From Chiloscyllium plagiosum (lineage: Eukaryota), in NCBI RefSeq assembly GCF_004010195.1, contig NC_057718.1, positions 23,606,612-23,659,476 on the forward strand: 52,865 nucleotides of DNA, in the 5' to 3' direction. The position numbers were made by a program, and so were the translations under genes. The notes below the pieces were generated by a model. The model was not told the DNA's origin, did not search any database, and worked only from the letters and a program-made list of their open reading frames with translations. Of this stretch, positions 21,810-33,955 are shown one piece after another (within the stretch, counting starts at the first letter, position 1; every line of letters begins with the position of its first letter).

Positions 21810-22443
21810 CATCATTTACTGCACCCGCTGCACCTGATGTGGCCTCCTCTATATTGGGGAGACAGGCCGCCTACTTGTGGAAAGTTTCAGAGAACACCTC
21901 TGGGACACCCGGACCAACCAACCCAACCACCCCGTGGCTCAACACTTCAACTCCCCCTCCCACTCCACCAAGGACATGCAGGTCCTTGGACTCCTCCATC
22001 GCCAGACCATAGCAACACGACGGCTGGAGGAAGAGCGCCTCATCTTCCGCCGAGGAACCCTCCAACCACAAGGGATGAACTCAGATTTCTCCAGTTTCCT
22101 CATTTCCCCACCCCCCACCTTGTCTCAGTCCCAACCCTCGAACTCAGCACCACCTTCCTAACCTGCAATCTTCTTCCTGACCTCTCCGCGCCCACCCCCA
22201 CTCCAGCCTATCACCCTCACCTTAACCTGCTTCCACCTATCGCATTTCCAATGCCCCTCCCCTGATGATTGAATTGCATTATACAGAATAGACAATTAAT
22301 GTCTCTCCTCCCTACCTTTTATCTTATCCTGCTTGGCACACTCTCCTCATTCCTGAAGAAGGGCTCATGCCCAGAACGTCGATTCTCCTGCTTCTTGGAT
22401 GCTGCCTGACCTGCTGCGCTTTTCCAGCAATACATTTTCAGCT
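21810..22443 (+). mobile_element. PLE family A (Neptune-like) 3' fragment: GIY-YIG endonuclease plus pseudo-LTR
   Basis: IYCTRCT*CGLLYIGETGRLLVESFREHLWDTRTNQPNHPVAQHFNSPSH...LEEERLIFRRGTLQPQGMN. Confidence 0.9.
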
Positions 22444-23607
22444 TTAAATATCATTGAAGTGTTTCAATTTGGAAAAATACTGCATTTTAACTTTTGCACA
22501 AAATGGAGGGATAATCAATTCTTTTGCACAGTTTTTCCCCTCTTCTGTGGAATTTTTGCACCTTTTTTGGAATTATGAATTTTACACCTTTTCTGCTTCT
22601 TCTCTCAACTTCAAGCTATTTAATAAAAAAATGTGTTGTGCTGATTTCATGACCTGAAGCAATAATTTCAGTTGATGAACAGAAATTGATTTTTCCCTTA
22701 ACTAATAATAAATAAATTCTTCTTCTGCCGTCAATTTTATCATGTGCACAGTTTCAGTCTATTGCTATTTTCTCAGTATATATTTAATATAACTTAACAT
22801 ATTTCTTCCTTTATTTACACAGATTTTGTCCCAGCTTTTCCTGATTCTGTAAGCATCTCTAATCATGCTATTCTGCTGAATGCAGCCTGTAAAACATTCA
22901 TTTAATTTCTCAATCTAGAATTTTCTTTTTAAATGCACCTCAGGGACCTAACTCACAACAGGTGTCCAATAATGATAAACTCACAGTTTTCTGACTGGAG
23001 ATTTTTCATCTTTCTTCACATTGGCTAGCTATAGCCTTTATAGAATTGAAGACATTTTTCAAGCTGTGTCCACTTTTGCCAAATCTTCAGCTGCCCCTAG
23101 CTTAGACAAACAGTGGGTGCCACTGCTGTTCTTCATTTATGCCTTCAGCCCAGCCAATATATGATGTGTAGATTCATCACCACCAATCCTCTGTATTGAT
23201 ATTAATCAAGCTACTGACAGTAAGGAATGAAGCCCCCCACACAATATATTCACCAGAAGACAGGCTCAATCTTGATAAATGGTAAAAGTCTATAACATAA
23301 TCCTTATTACCTAGCTACGTTGCACCTGAGATGCATGATTGTTTCTTGGGAGACATCAGGCTCAGTTTAAGGGTAATTACAAATTACTACCTACCTACAA
23401 GCTGTTAACGCTAAGAGCAATCTTTGAAGCACTAGCTAAGATTCTTTCGGACCTGAATAGTCCTTTATGTCAGTTAACCCTTTCAGGTACAAACTGCCTT
23501 ATGCAGCATCAAAAAATTGCTAGGCTAATGCCAAAAAAGTTTTGTCTTAAATAAGATGTAGTTTCTTTCACACTAACAACTATCTACAAGTTACACTGAT
23601 ATAATCA

Positions 23608-23927
23608 TGGTGGTTCGGTGTTTAAGACTGCTGCCTCACAGTGCCAGGGACCTGGGTTCGACTCCCACCTTGGGCAACTGTCTGTGTGGAGTTTGCACGT
23701 TCTCTCCGTGTCTGCATGGGTTTCCTCTGGGTGCTCCAGTTTCCTCCAACAATCCAAAAGATGTGCAGGTTGGGTGAATTGGCCATGCTAAATTGCCCAT
23801 GGTGTTTGGTGCATTAATCACGGTTAAGTGTAGGGAAATGAGTCTGGGTGCTTGGTGTGGTCTTTGGACGGTTGGTGTGGGCTTGTTGGGTCAAAGGGCC
23901 TGTTTCCGCACTGTAGGGAATCTAATC
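23608..23927 (+). mobile_element. HE1-type V-SINE
   Basis: B box GGTTCGACTCC, conserved central region, tail CTGTAGGGAATCTAATC. Confidence 0.9.
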
Positions 23928-24854
23928 GACATTATTACAGACAGATGATGAGGAGGACCTGGGCAGTAGGTTCCTTTCCTTTAAGATTCTAAACTCTTCT
24001 CCCACCAGTTACAGATGATATCATCAATGGTATGAGCTATTGGTGGCTTGTCACTCCTGTGGTTTCAGTCAGTCAAAAGCCTTTTTGTTTACAAAAGCAA
24101 CTCAGCATTGTTACAATAAAATATAACATTATCTTACACCTCATCTGATCCATACTATTCCGAGGTAATATTTTCCATACTAGCCAAACTCCATTTTACA
24201 TTAGACTAAATCAAAAACCCAATGAAAGTACGCTTTTTACTAGTTTCTTTCCAAACTTGTCTAAGCTACATGCTGGCCTTGTACAACAAGTTTTAACAGT
24301 TTTGTTTCTTTCTTTTCTTACTTTTTTTTATCCTGAGTGATTTGATTTGTTTAGATACTCTATTGGCCTGTCCGTCTGCAATGTTAATGCTTTACTTCAT
24401 AATGTCTCATACTGTCACTTCAACTCTCTTATACCTGAACAGCTGGAAACGAAGAACAAGCTGGTGTTTGCAAAGCAACTCTCACAACCTTAAAACCCCA
24501 AAGCAGATCGCAGTCAACCAATTTCAAAGTGTAGTTTCTTCCACGCTGAGGAATCCATGGCCAACCCGTGTGCCTACACAACCAGCATCTAGAGCCTGGT
24601 GTTAAATGCCCTTGTAGGTCTCCAATACTGTGACAGGAAGTGTATGCGCTTATCAAGTTGCAAGTACATTCCCGCACCACTTGACAAAGATGAGAAAAGT
24701 TGTATTAATCACAGAAATGTAAAATCTCACAGAATGGAAGTGGCATACAGAGAGGTCAGTACTGGGTCCCTGATTGTTTGTGATACATATGTAAACAATG
24801 TAGGTGAGAACAAGTCGGAGTGGGTGATAAACAAACCTGTCAATTAAGTAACTC

Positions 24855-25070
24855 CACAGAGGTTGGTATCCCATTATCAAGTCACCATTTATTTCCAGGA
24901 GCATCGTACTTGACACTAGTCCAGCTCCCTCAGAGCCAGCTCAGAATGAGTAGAACCTCTGACAATCCCGTTTATGTCTGTCGCCCAGGGCGTCCTGATT
25001 GGACCAGATTAACAGCCCCAGTCAGGGAACTCATATTCAAGGAAGTCCACCTGGCTGACCTCATTCCGAT
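24855..25070 (-). mobile_element. Probable short solo LTR (same family as 6517-6740)
   Basis: Pairwise similarity to 6517-6740; TTTATT (AATAAA on the minus strand) near the left end. Confidence 0.45.
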
Positions 25071-25718
25071 AGGAGAAAGTGAGGACTGCAGATGCTAGAG
25101 ATCAGAGTTGAGAGTGTGGTGCTGGAAAAGCACAAGAGGTCAGGCAGCGTCCAAGGAGCAGGACAATCACGTTTCAGGCATACGCCCTTCATCAGGAATG
25201 AGACTTGTGGGCCAGAGGGTTGAGAGATAAATTGGAGGGAGGTGGAGTTGGGGGAAGGTAACTGTGAATGCAATAGGTAGATGAAGGTGAGGGAGAAGGT
25301 GATAGATCAGAGAGGAGGATGGAGCGGATAGGTGGAAAAGGTGATGGACAGATCAAGAGGGCAGTGCTGAGTTGGAGGCTTGGGACTGGGATAATGTACG
25401 GGAGGGGAAAAGAGGAAACTGGTGAAATCCATATTGATTCCATATGGTTGCAGGGTCCCAAGGTAGAATATGAAGTGTTTTTCATCCAGGCATCAGGTAG
25501 TTAGGGTTTGGCGATGGAGGAAGCCCAGGACCTGCATGTCCTTGGTGGAGTGGGAGGGGGAGTTGAAGTGTTCAGTCACAGCGCGATGGGGTTGGTTGGT
25601 GCGGGTGTCCCAGAAATGGTGTCTGAAAAGATCCGCAAGTATGTTTCTTGTCTCCCTGACGTAGAGGTGACAGGTCAGGAGGGTGGTGCCGAGTGGGAGG
25701 CTTGGGACTGGGATAATG
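25071..25718 (-). mobile_element. PLE family A 3' fragment with a short tandem piece
   Basis: LYVRETRNILADLFRHHFWDTRTNQPHRAVTEHFNSPSH; 25666-25718 repeats 25340-25395. Confidence 0.85.
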
Positions 25719-26010
25719 CGACTCAAAAGAAGTTCTGGGATTTACAGATCAATTAACTGAAACCTACAACCCATCTAAAAGATGAAAGACTTAACAGCAA
25801 TCTAAGTTTGTTCAATATATCATTTTAATTGCACGACACTGTGCTCTTTTGCTATAAATTCTGTGTCTTATGATCCTGGCCCACTAGTTACCTGATGAAG
25901 GAGCAGTGCTCTGAAACCTAGTACTTCCAAGTAAACCTGTTGGACTATAACTTGTTATTGTGTGATTTTGTAACTCTGTACACCCCAGTCCAACACTGGT
26001 ACCTCATATC
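25719..26010 (+). mobile_element. PLE family C 3' end
   Basis: ACCTGATGAAGGAGCAGTGCTCTGAAACCTAGT...TGTTGGACTATAAC...CACCCCAGTCCAACACTGG, shared with 13983, 30908 and 33737. Confidence 0.7.
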
Positions 26011-26548
26011 ATTTCTTTATTAGCCTTTCACATTTTGTGTGGGGATGAGGTGATGGAGGGAGGTGTTTTGAGTTTGTTGAAAAATGTCAGCACAGCTGGA
26101 ACTTGTGTAGGCTTCCATAGCAAAACAATTTATCCTGACGAACAGAATAATATATATATTTTTGTTTAAATGTAAAATTGAAGTTGAGAACAAGTTGAAC
26201 CAGGCAGAAGTAGTTTTGCTGGATGGGATCTTATCAGGTTGAGAGAGGAGTAGATGGTCCTCAGATTCCCCGTAGGGACTTAGAAATACAACAGGGAAAA
26301 CAAAACAATCTGCAAACATTACAGTGAAAGCCTTAGGACTTTTGTTTTAACCATTTTAAATGACCAAAAAAACACAAGCTGAGATTGATTGAAGATATGG
26401 AGAGTTAACATTTTGAGTCCAATATGACCCTTTTTTGGAAAGAGAAGTTCTGAAGAAAAGTCACACTGAACTCAGAATTTTAACTCTGCCTCTTTCTCTA
26501 CGAATGCTGCCAGACCTGCTGGGTTTCTGCAGCATTTTCTCTCACTGT

Positions 26549-26893
26549 GGGTGCCACAGTATCTCAGTGATTAGCACTGCTGCTTCACAGCACCGGGAAC
26601 CTGGGTTTGATTCCAGCCTTGGGCAACCGTCTGTGTGGAGTTTGCCCGTTCTCTCCGTGTCTGCATAGGTTTCCCCTGGGTGTTCCAAATTCCTCCCAAA
26701 GTCTACAAATGTACAGGTTCGGTGGATTGGCCATGCTAAATTGCCCCATAGTGTCCAGCGATGCACAGCTAGATGGATTAGCTGTGGGAAATGCAGAGAT
26801 ACAGAGGTAGGTTGGGTCTGGGTGGGATGCTTTGGAGGATCAGTGTGGACTCAAAAGGCTAAATGGCCTGCTTCCACACATAGGAATTCTAGA
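26549..26893 (+). mobile_element. HE1-type V-SINE
   Basis: Colinear with 23608-23927. Confidence 0.85.
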
Positions 26894-27414
26894 ATTTTGC
26901 TTCTATTTGCTGCATCCACGGTTCTTCATTTGTATCCACTTTTAAAATCATTTGTGGGCTCTGCTTCAACAATTGGTTGGCGGTATGCGAACAGATTTTC
27001 TTTCAAACTTTCAAATACAAATTGAAAAGCAGAATACTGTGAATGCAGGAAAAGCTGACAATGCTGGAAAACGGTGGGTAGGTTAAGCAACATCTGCCTA
27101 GAGAGAGAAGTTTCTCAGTTGCTGCCTAACGTGCTGGACCATTTCCAGCAGATTCAGCCTTTATTTCAGATTGAAAATATACTGGCACAGATCTTCTGCT
27201 CTCCAGATAGACATAGACTGGACGTACCCCCAGGATATGCTTCAGGCCACCTCAGAGGCCTCAATGCAATGTCTTTGTCGGGAATTACCTGGGAAATTGA
27301 AACTTAGCTGAGCTACTCCCCTGGCTTCACAAATATCTCAGATTCTGCATTGGAGTCAGACACATGGAAAGAATTAGACTTATTCACCTGTATAATCACC
27401 AAGGAAAGGGCACA

Positions 27415-27558
27415 TGTGTGAGTGTTTGTTTGTATGTGTGTGTGTGTTTGTGTGCATCTGTCTGTCTGTCTGTGTGTGTGTGTGTGTGTGTGAGTGTGTG
27501 TGTNNNNNNNNNNNNNGTGTTTGTGTGTGAGTGTATGTGTTTGTGTGTGTGTGTGTGT
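27415..27558. repeat. Imperfect (GT)n microsatellite containing a 13-N gap
   Basis: Directly visible. Confidence 0.95.
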
Positions 27559-28729
27559 TTGGGGGTAGGTGATGTTTAAAAGGGGAAAATTTCTTTCTTG
27601 ATGGGGATCTTGTTTAAAATTGGGCCATAACAAGATTAATAGCTCACCACCACCACCTTCTCAAGGGTAACTAAGGATGAGTAATAAATGCTGGCCAGCC
27701 AATAACAGCCACATTCTATAAATGAATATAAAAATTGGTAGAAGCATGAAGCATAAGATGTGTTGTATTATCTCACTCACTATGGATAAGGAATGAGAAT
27801 TAAAAAAAAAAAATCACAGTACTGGGAAGTAAAGAACTTACCATATCTGAGGTCTACAAAAATAACATAGTTGCAATCAGATAGAGGTAAACATGAATGT
27901 AGATCGGTCTGGTATGAAATGTGGCTGGGACTGTGAAAAGTAGAAATGGGATGGGTATGTGAAGAAGGCTCAGTGTGGAAATAAGAAAAATTATGTATGC
28001 TGTCAGAACTAACATGCAATAGTAGTGAAGGAAAAGGCAATTTCAAATATATGTGTGAAAAATGAATAATGAAGAGGTATTAGCAAGTGAATATGATTTC
28101 AAATATCACATTTACATTCTTCCCAGGCTGACGTGGCAAAGCCCAAAACACTTAAGCAAAGTCAAGTGACTTTTAGAATTGGGTGGTAAAAAGATCCACT
28201 AAACATTCTCCATGAACTATTGTATTATGCACCTATATGCAAGACAGCTACTTATGCCATCTTTTTAATTACTTCTTCAAGAGTAGGCAGAAGTGTGGAG
28301 TTGAGGCCTATATCAGAGCAGCCATGATCTTGTTGAAGCGTGGTCAATGGGCTGAACGGCCTACTCCAGCCCCTAATCCACATGCTTGCATGCGCTTCCA
28401 GCAATTACATTGAGTTAATTTTTTTATTTGTGCTCAGAGGAAAAGGAGACTACATTTTACAATTTTTATCTGGTACTGATCCTATTCTAACAAGCTCAAC
28501 ATTTTAGATGTAATTACCTCCATAAGCCAAAACACAACCTCTTCATAAAAGTCCTTTTTGAAAGGACTGTTAATGTAATTTCCAACAGCATGATTTTTTT
28601 TTCATGTTCTGTTTTCAGTTTTTATTTTTATTGTAAGAATAATGCTAAAAGAATTAGGAGAACCTACTTCCCTCCCACATCAACCCTGCACATCCCTAAA
28701 CGGGACAGGGGTATAGGAATGCCACCTCC

Positions 28730-29045
28730 AAGTTTCCCTCCAGTCACACATTGTCTTCACTTGAACGTAAATTGCTGCTTCTTTGTCATGTCTGGATTCA
28801 AATACTGGAATAGCTGAGTATCGCCACATACCATCCTAGCTTGGAGCTATGCAGCCATTCCTTCACTGTCACTGTGTCCAAAGCTTACAATCCCCTTCCA
28901 AACAGCATTGTAAGAGTCCCTACACCGAAGGATTGCAGCAGTTCAAGAGGCAGCTCACCATGAACGCCTGAAGAGCAATCATGGACAGGAGCAATAAATA
29001 ATGGCCGAGCCAGCAAAGTCCACATCCCATGAATGAATTTTTGGT
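28730..29045 (+). mobile_element. LINE family B 3' fragments (isolated tail also at 27640-27735)
   Basis: GCAGCAGTTCAAGAGGCAGCTCACC...CCACATCCCATGAATGAAT. Confidence 0.7.
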
Positions 29046-29104
29046 AATAAGAAAATACCCCAGGTATTCCAAAAGAAGATTTACCATCACCTTCTCAAAG
29101 GTAA

Positions 29105-29475
29105 CTGTGGCTGTCCAAACATTTCAACTCCCCCTCCCACTCTGCTGAGGACACGCAGGTCCTGGGCCTCCTCCACCGCTACTCCCACACCACCTGACGC
29201 CCGGAGGAAGAACGTCTCATCTTCTATCTTGGAACAGTTCAACCCCAGGGCATCAATGTAGACTTCACCAGTTTCCCCATTTCCCCTCTCCCCACCTTAC
29301 CCCTGTTTCAACCTTCCAGCTCAGCACTATCCTCATGACCTGTCCTATCTGCCTATCCTCCTTCCCATCTAGCCACTCCACCCTCCTCTCTGACCTATCA
29401 CCTTCAGCACACCCCCCATCTACCTATTGTACTCTTGGCTACCTTCTCCCCAGCCCCCCCCCCCCCCCCCCCCTT
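29105..29475 (+). mobile_element. PLE family A GIY-YIG 3' fragment ending in a poly-C run
   Basis: KHFNSPSHSAEDTQVLGLLHRYSHTT*RPEEERLIFYLGTVQPQGIN. Confidence 0.85.
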
Positions 29476-29677
29476 TGCTACCCCCTCCCTACTGAGCTGC
29501 CAGCCTCTACACACCAGTAACATTGAAAACTGAGACTGTTGTTGATGTTAAGCCTTCCAGAAAGTTGGAATCAATGGACAAATGAGTGAGAATGCAATGA
29601 GGTTTGCTATCAGGGTTTGTGGGTCAGAAGAAAGGGCAGGGGAGTGACTCTTTGGTTTCTCTCCTCTACTTCCCAAA

Positions 29678-30322
29678 GACATGTAGACAGAGTGGTTAAG
29701 AAGACATTGAGCATGCTTGCCTTCATTGCTCAGACATTTGAGTATAGAAGTTGGTGCGCCATGTTGAGATTGTATAAGACATTGGTAAGTCCTCTTCTGG
29801 AGTGCAGTGTTCAGTTCTGGTCATCCTGTTATAGGAAGGATATTACTAAGTTGGAGAGAGTTCAGAAAAGATTTACCAGGATGTTGCCAGGAATGGAGGA
29901 TTTGAGTTGGAAGGAAAGGCTAATTTTTTTCACTGGAACATAGCAGGTTAAGGGCTGACCTTGCACAGGTTTCTAAAATCATGAGGGGAAAAGATAAGGT
30001 GAATGGCAGGTGTTTTTTCCCCCAGGATAGGGGATTTCAAAACTTGGGGGACATATTTTAATATGAGAAGAGAAAGATTTAAAAGAAACATGAGGGGCAA
30101 CTTTTTACAGCGTGGTTTGTGTGTGTGGAATGAGTTTGCAGAGGAAGCGGTGGACAAAGGTACAGTTACAATGTTTAAAAGACATTTGGCTAAGTACATG
30201 AGTAAGAAATGTTTGCAGGGATATCGGCCAAACACGGGCAGTGGGACTAATTTAGTTTGGGATAATGGCTGACATGGACTGGTGGATTGAAGGGTCTGTT
30301 TCTATGCTGTATGACTCTATGA
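29678..30322 (+). mobile_element. CR1/HER1-type LINE 3' part
   Basis: VDRVVKKTLSMLAFIAQTFEYRSW..LYKTLVSPLLECSVQFWS..LERVQKRFTRMLPG; tail TATGACTCTATGAC. Confidence 0.9.
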
Positions 30323-30907
30323 CAATCACCTCCATTAAACACTGAGCGTCTTTAAATGAAGGAGTAACCAAGAGGCGCACAAACAGAGGCTTGACACAAG
30401 CCTTCCTGGACTGTTGGAGGTATGAAATCAATGCAATGTCCAACAAACCCCCCTGCAGCCTGATTAAGTGACCATGTCTTTAAACTCACTACCTGGTAAA
30501 TCCATGCAATTGTCTTAAATACTGCTATATCCTGCTGTTTCTTATTGGAATCCCAAACATTGCTGCAGGATATTCTGGATTAGGTCTGATTTTTTTTAAA
30601 TGAAAATTATTTTAAGCTACATTACACCAATAATTGATGCTTGACGGTCGGTGAATGGGCAGAACCATTTCACATTGCAGGCAAATGAAGTTTATTGCAT
30701 ATTGTTTAAAAATAATTTGTCAATGAATTAGCAAAGCAGGCTGTTGTGGCAACACAATAATCGGAACTGCCTGGGTAATACTGATTTCTGTGTACTTGGT
30801 TTTGTTACAGACTTGGCATAAAAATTTTAAAAGGTGTGTTGTTTTTTTGGGGGGGGGGGGGGGGGCACTTCTGATTCTGTCCAGTTGAAATGAAATTTGG
30901 ACAAACA

Positions 30908-31012
30908 CGCTCCGAAAGCTTGTACTTCCAAATATACCTGCTGGACTATAACCTGGTGTTGTGTGATTTTTAACTTTGTCCACCCCAGTCCGACACTGGC
31001 ACCTCCGCACAT
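30908..31012 (+). mobile_element. PLE family C pseudo-LTR end
   Basis: GCTCCGAAAGCTTG...CACCCCAGTCCGACACTGGCACCTCC. Confidence 0.7.
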
Positions 31013-31199
31013 GAAATTTGAAAGAGAGCTCTAAATCAAACATCCTGCTTTGACAGCTTCAATCACACCTTCAAGTATATATGAGAGCGGCTTTTCACAT
31101 GAAAGATTTTCTGTTCAAAAAGGAGCATTGACTTCAACATCAAAATAGCCTTTGGCTTTAAAGAATTGTGACTGCCAGATGCTGTTTCCTGTCATATGG

Positions 31200-31370
31200 G
31201 CATATGAATTAGAAGCGAATTTAGGCCATTCAGCCCTTGAGCCTGCTCTGCCATTGAATAAAATCGTGGCTGACCTATTTGTGTTTTGAATTCTACTTTT
31301 CCATTTATCACCAGTTGATTCCCTTGCCTAATAAAGATCTCTCAACCTCCGCTGTGAACATTTTCAATAT
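31200..31370 (-). mobile_element. CR1 LINE 3' end
   Basis: TAGGCCATTCAGCCCTTGAGCCTGCTCTGCCATT. Confidence 0.65.
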
Positions 31371-31746
31371 TGGGCTCTGGGTACCAACCTTCGGCAGCTG
31401 ACGGTTGGAATAGTCTGCTGTCACTAATTCTTCTTTCTATGTTGAGGTCAAGGACCTCTCCAATTATCAGTGGGACACAATAGACAACTCAAGAATCTTA
31501 AGAAGAAGTACTTGTCTACATAGGTCTAGTCTTTTCCATGATAGCAATAGGCGTAATTAACATTTGATAGGTATAATTACAACTACCAGGAATGTCATAT
31601 CTGTTTCCATCAGGACCCCATGCAAGACAAACTGTTTTTCCATGTGACTGTGACATTATCAGGTTGGATGGGGCTTATCATCTTCACAGGAAGCGTAATG
31701 TGTGCCTTTGTAAATGGAAGCTGTTGAGATTTAGTATTCTGGAATA

Positions 31747-31906
31747 CAGAGGAACCTCAATTATCTAAAGGACACGGGCAGGGAGTATTTAGTTTGGATA
31801 ATTGAATGCCGGACAACACAGTTTAGCCAAGCATCAGGACCTTGCAATCTTGTTCGGATAATCCAAAATTCGTCAAATTGATGTTTAGATGATCAAGGTT
31901 CCTCTA
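31747..31906. mobile_element. Tc1/mariner-pogo (Tigger-like) MITE
   Basis: 23-bp imperfect terminal inverted repeats CAGAGGAACCTCAATTATCTAAA (31747-31769) and TTTAGATGATCAAGGTTCCTCTA (31884-31906); TA on the left flank. Confidence 0.75.
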
Positions 31907-32109
31907 GAGATGGAATTTAGCATAACTTAATCCCAGAAGTAATTTAATTTTATGAGGCATAAATCCAAGCTGATGATTAATCTGTTTTCTGAATTTGGCT
32001 ATCCTATGAATGTAAGCAGAAATGTAATTACTAACTCAGTGAATAGGGGCCAGCATTGAATAGCCATTGCATTAACACCTGTCAGATATATGCCCCGCTG
32101 TAGCATTGT

Positions 32110-32350
32110 GACTAAGTTCGCACATCCTTCTCGTCTGTGCATGCCTCTTCCAGGTGCTCCAGTTTCCTCCCACACTCCAAAGATGTGCTGGTTAGGTGAA
32201 ATGGCCATGCTAAATTGCCCAGAGTGTCCAGGGATGGTTAGCCAGGGTAAATTTAGGATTACAGGGATGGGGATGGGGGTGGGTCTTGGTGGGATGCTCT
32301 TCTGAGATTGGCGTAGACTCAATGGCCACTCTGTAGGAAAATCTATGATA
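32110..32350 (+). mobile_element. 5'-truncated HE1-type V-SINE
   Basis: GGTGCTCCAGTTTCCTCCCACACTCCAAAGATGTGC...GGCCATGCTAAATTGCCC. Confidence 0.8.
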
Positions 32351-33426
32351 TTCTGCATTAAATTCACAGCAAAACAGCAGCAATATGAGCCAGGTATCTC
32401 TTGCTGAGGGGACAATGTGCCTAAAGGCAAGGCAATGCAAGGCAGGAATGCTGTCAGTGACCAAGTAGGCTCAGAGTGAATGAGAGCCTGATTCTACCTC
32501 ATAACTCACCATAGCTCACATTGCTCAGAGTTTGGTCAGAAGCCACCAAGAGAATTTCATTCCAGTGTCAATATTTATGGCTCAACCAACCTAACCATTA
32601 TGGATAAAACAGTCATTGTCACAATGTTATATACAGGGGCGAGGTGTTTGCAAAGTATCAGCTTGGTTGGAAATCAGCCATGGTCATATTGAAGAGTGGA
32701 GCAGACTCAAAGGGCTAAATGGCCTACCCCTGCTCCTATTTTCTATGTTTCCTTATATTTCAACATGGGCAACACTTCAAAGCTATTTTGCTGAATCCAA
32801 AGCCCTTTGGGATGTCTTGAGGTGGTGAGATTCAAGATCCTCTTTCTTTCTCTGAATGTTCTGCTGATGGTGTAAATGTAGGCAGTCTAGGTAGGAGCTG
32901 TCTTTTCAGAGCCTTTGCCAATTTTAGAGGTTGTTTGAAGAGAAGAGAGAGAGGAGGACACGCGTGCAGAGTTAATAACTGAATACTCTGCCATTCGGGT
33001 GCAAGCTCTTAACCTCACTCCAAACCGTTTCCCCAGGATTTGCTCAGGGAGTGAAGGAATTTCAATCAGCCAGCTTAATTCTACCAGAGGATGGTTGAAA
33101 TGTGGATGGGCATGCAAACACAATCCTCAAAGTCACAACTCACTGGGTAGTGCACTGGAATCCAAGCTCTGCTACTCCCAGAGTCATAACAAAAGTTAAC
33201 AATTTTAACTTAAGTACACAACAGTTTCCCAATGTACCTGATATTCAGACCCAAGATGATAGAAAGCATGTCCTAATTTCCCGACTTAACAACAATTATT
33301 ATTTATTACAAATAACAACAACAGGTGCACAGTTATAAAACCATTAGCATATAACACTACAAATTAAAACTCTAATCCACTTATAAACTCACCCTTGTGT
33401 ATGTGCGCGCGCACGCACACACACGT

Positions 33427-33582
33427 TTCTTTATTCACTTATGAGACATGGTTGTCACTGGCCAGACTTTTACTTATTTCCCATCCCTAGTTGCCTTTGG
33501 GAAGTTGCTGGTGAGCTACCCTTTTGAACTGCTGCAGTCCATGTGCTGTAAGTAGACCCACTATGCCAATAGGGAGGGAATC
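33427..33582 (-). mobile_element. LINE family B 3' tail
   Basis: Colinear with 1178-1335. Confidence 0.7.
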
Positions 33583-33735
33583 CTACAGCAGAGGAAACCT
33601 GAGAGGCAGTTCAGCAGATCTTATTCACAGGTTTCTGTGATGAACCTTTTGATTTTCATGCTAGTCAGAATGTTGCTTTTCAGTCAGCTTTGTTTTAGAT
33701 GCTTCCCCTGCTTTGCAAAAGACATAAGGTAGCTC

Positions 33736-33955
33736 AAGTCAGAAGTAGTATAGCACCAGGTTAAAGTCCTACAGATTTATATGAAATCACAAGCTTTCAG
33801 AGTGCTGCTCCTTTGTAATTTCACCTGACAATGGAGCAGTGCTCTGAAACCTTGTGATTGTAGATAAACCTGTTGAACTATAACCTGGTGCTGTGTGACT
33901 TCTGACTTTGTTCATGCCAGTGTCCCCCCCAGTCCAACATCGGCATTGCCACATA
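33736..33955. mobile_element. PLE family C inverted (hairpin) insertion with tail
   Basis: 33736-33815 is approximately the reverse complement of 33827-33908; tail CCCCAGTCCAACATCGGCA. Confidence 0.7.

Noticed and set aside
21702..22265. 187-aa Pro-rich ORF
   Set aside because: Off-frame read-through of the C-rich PLE GIY-YIG region.
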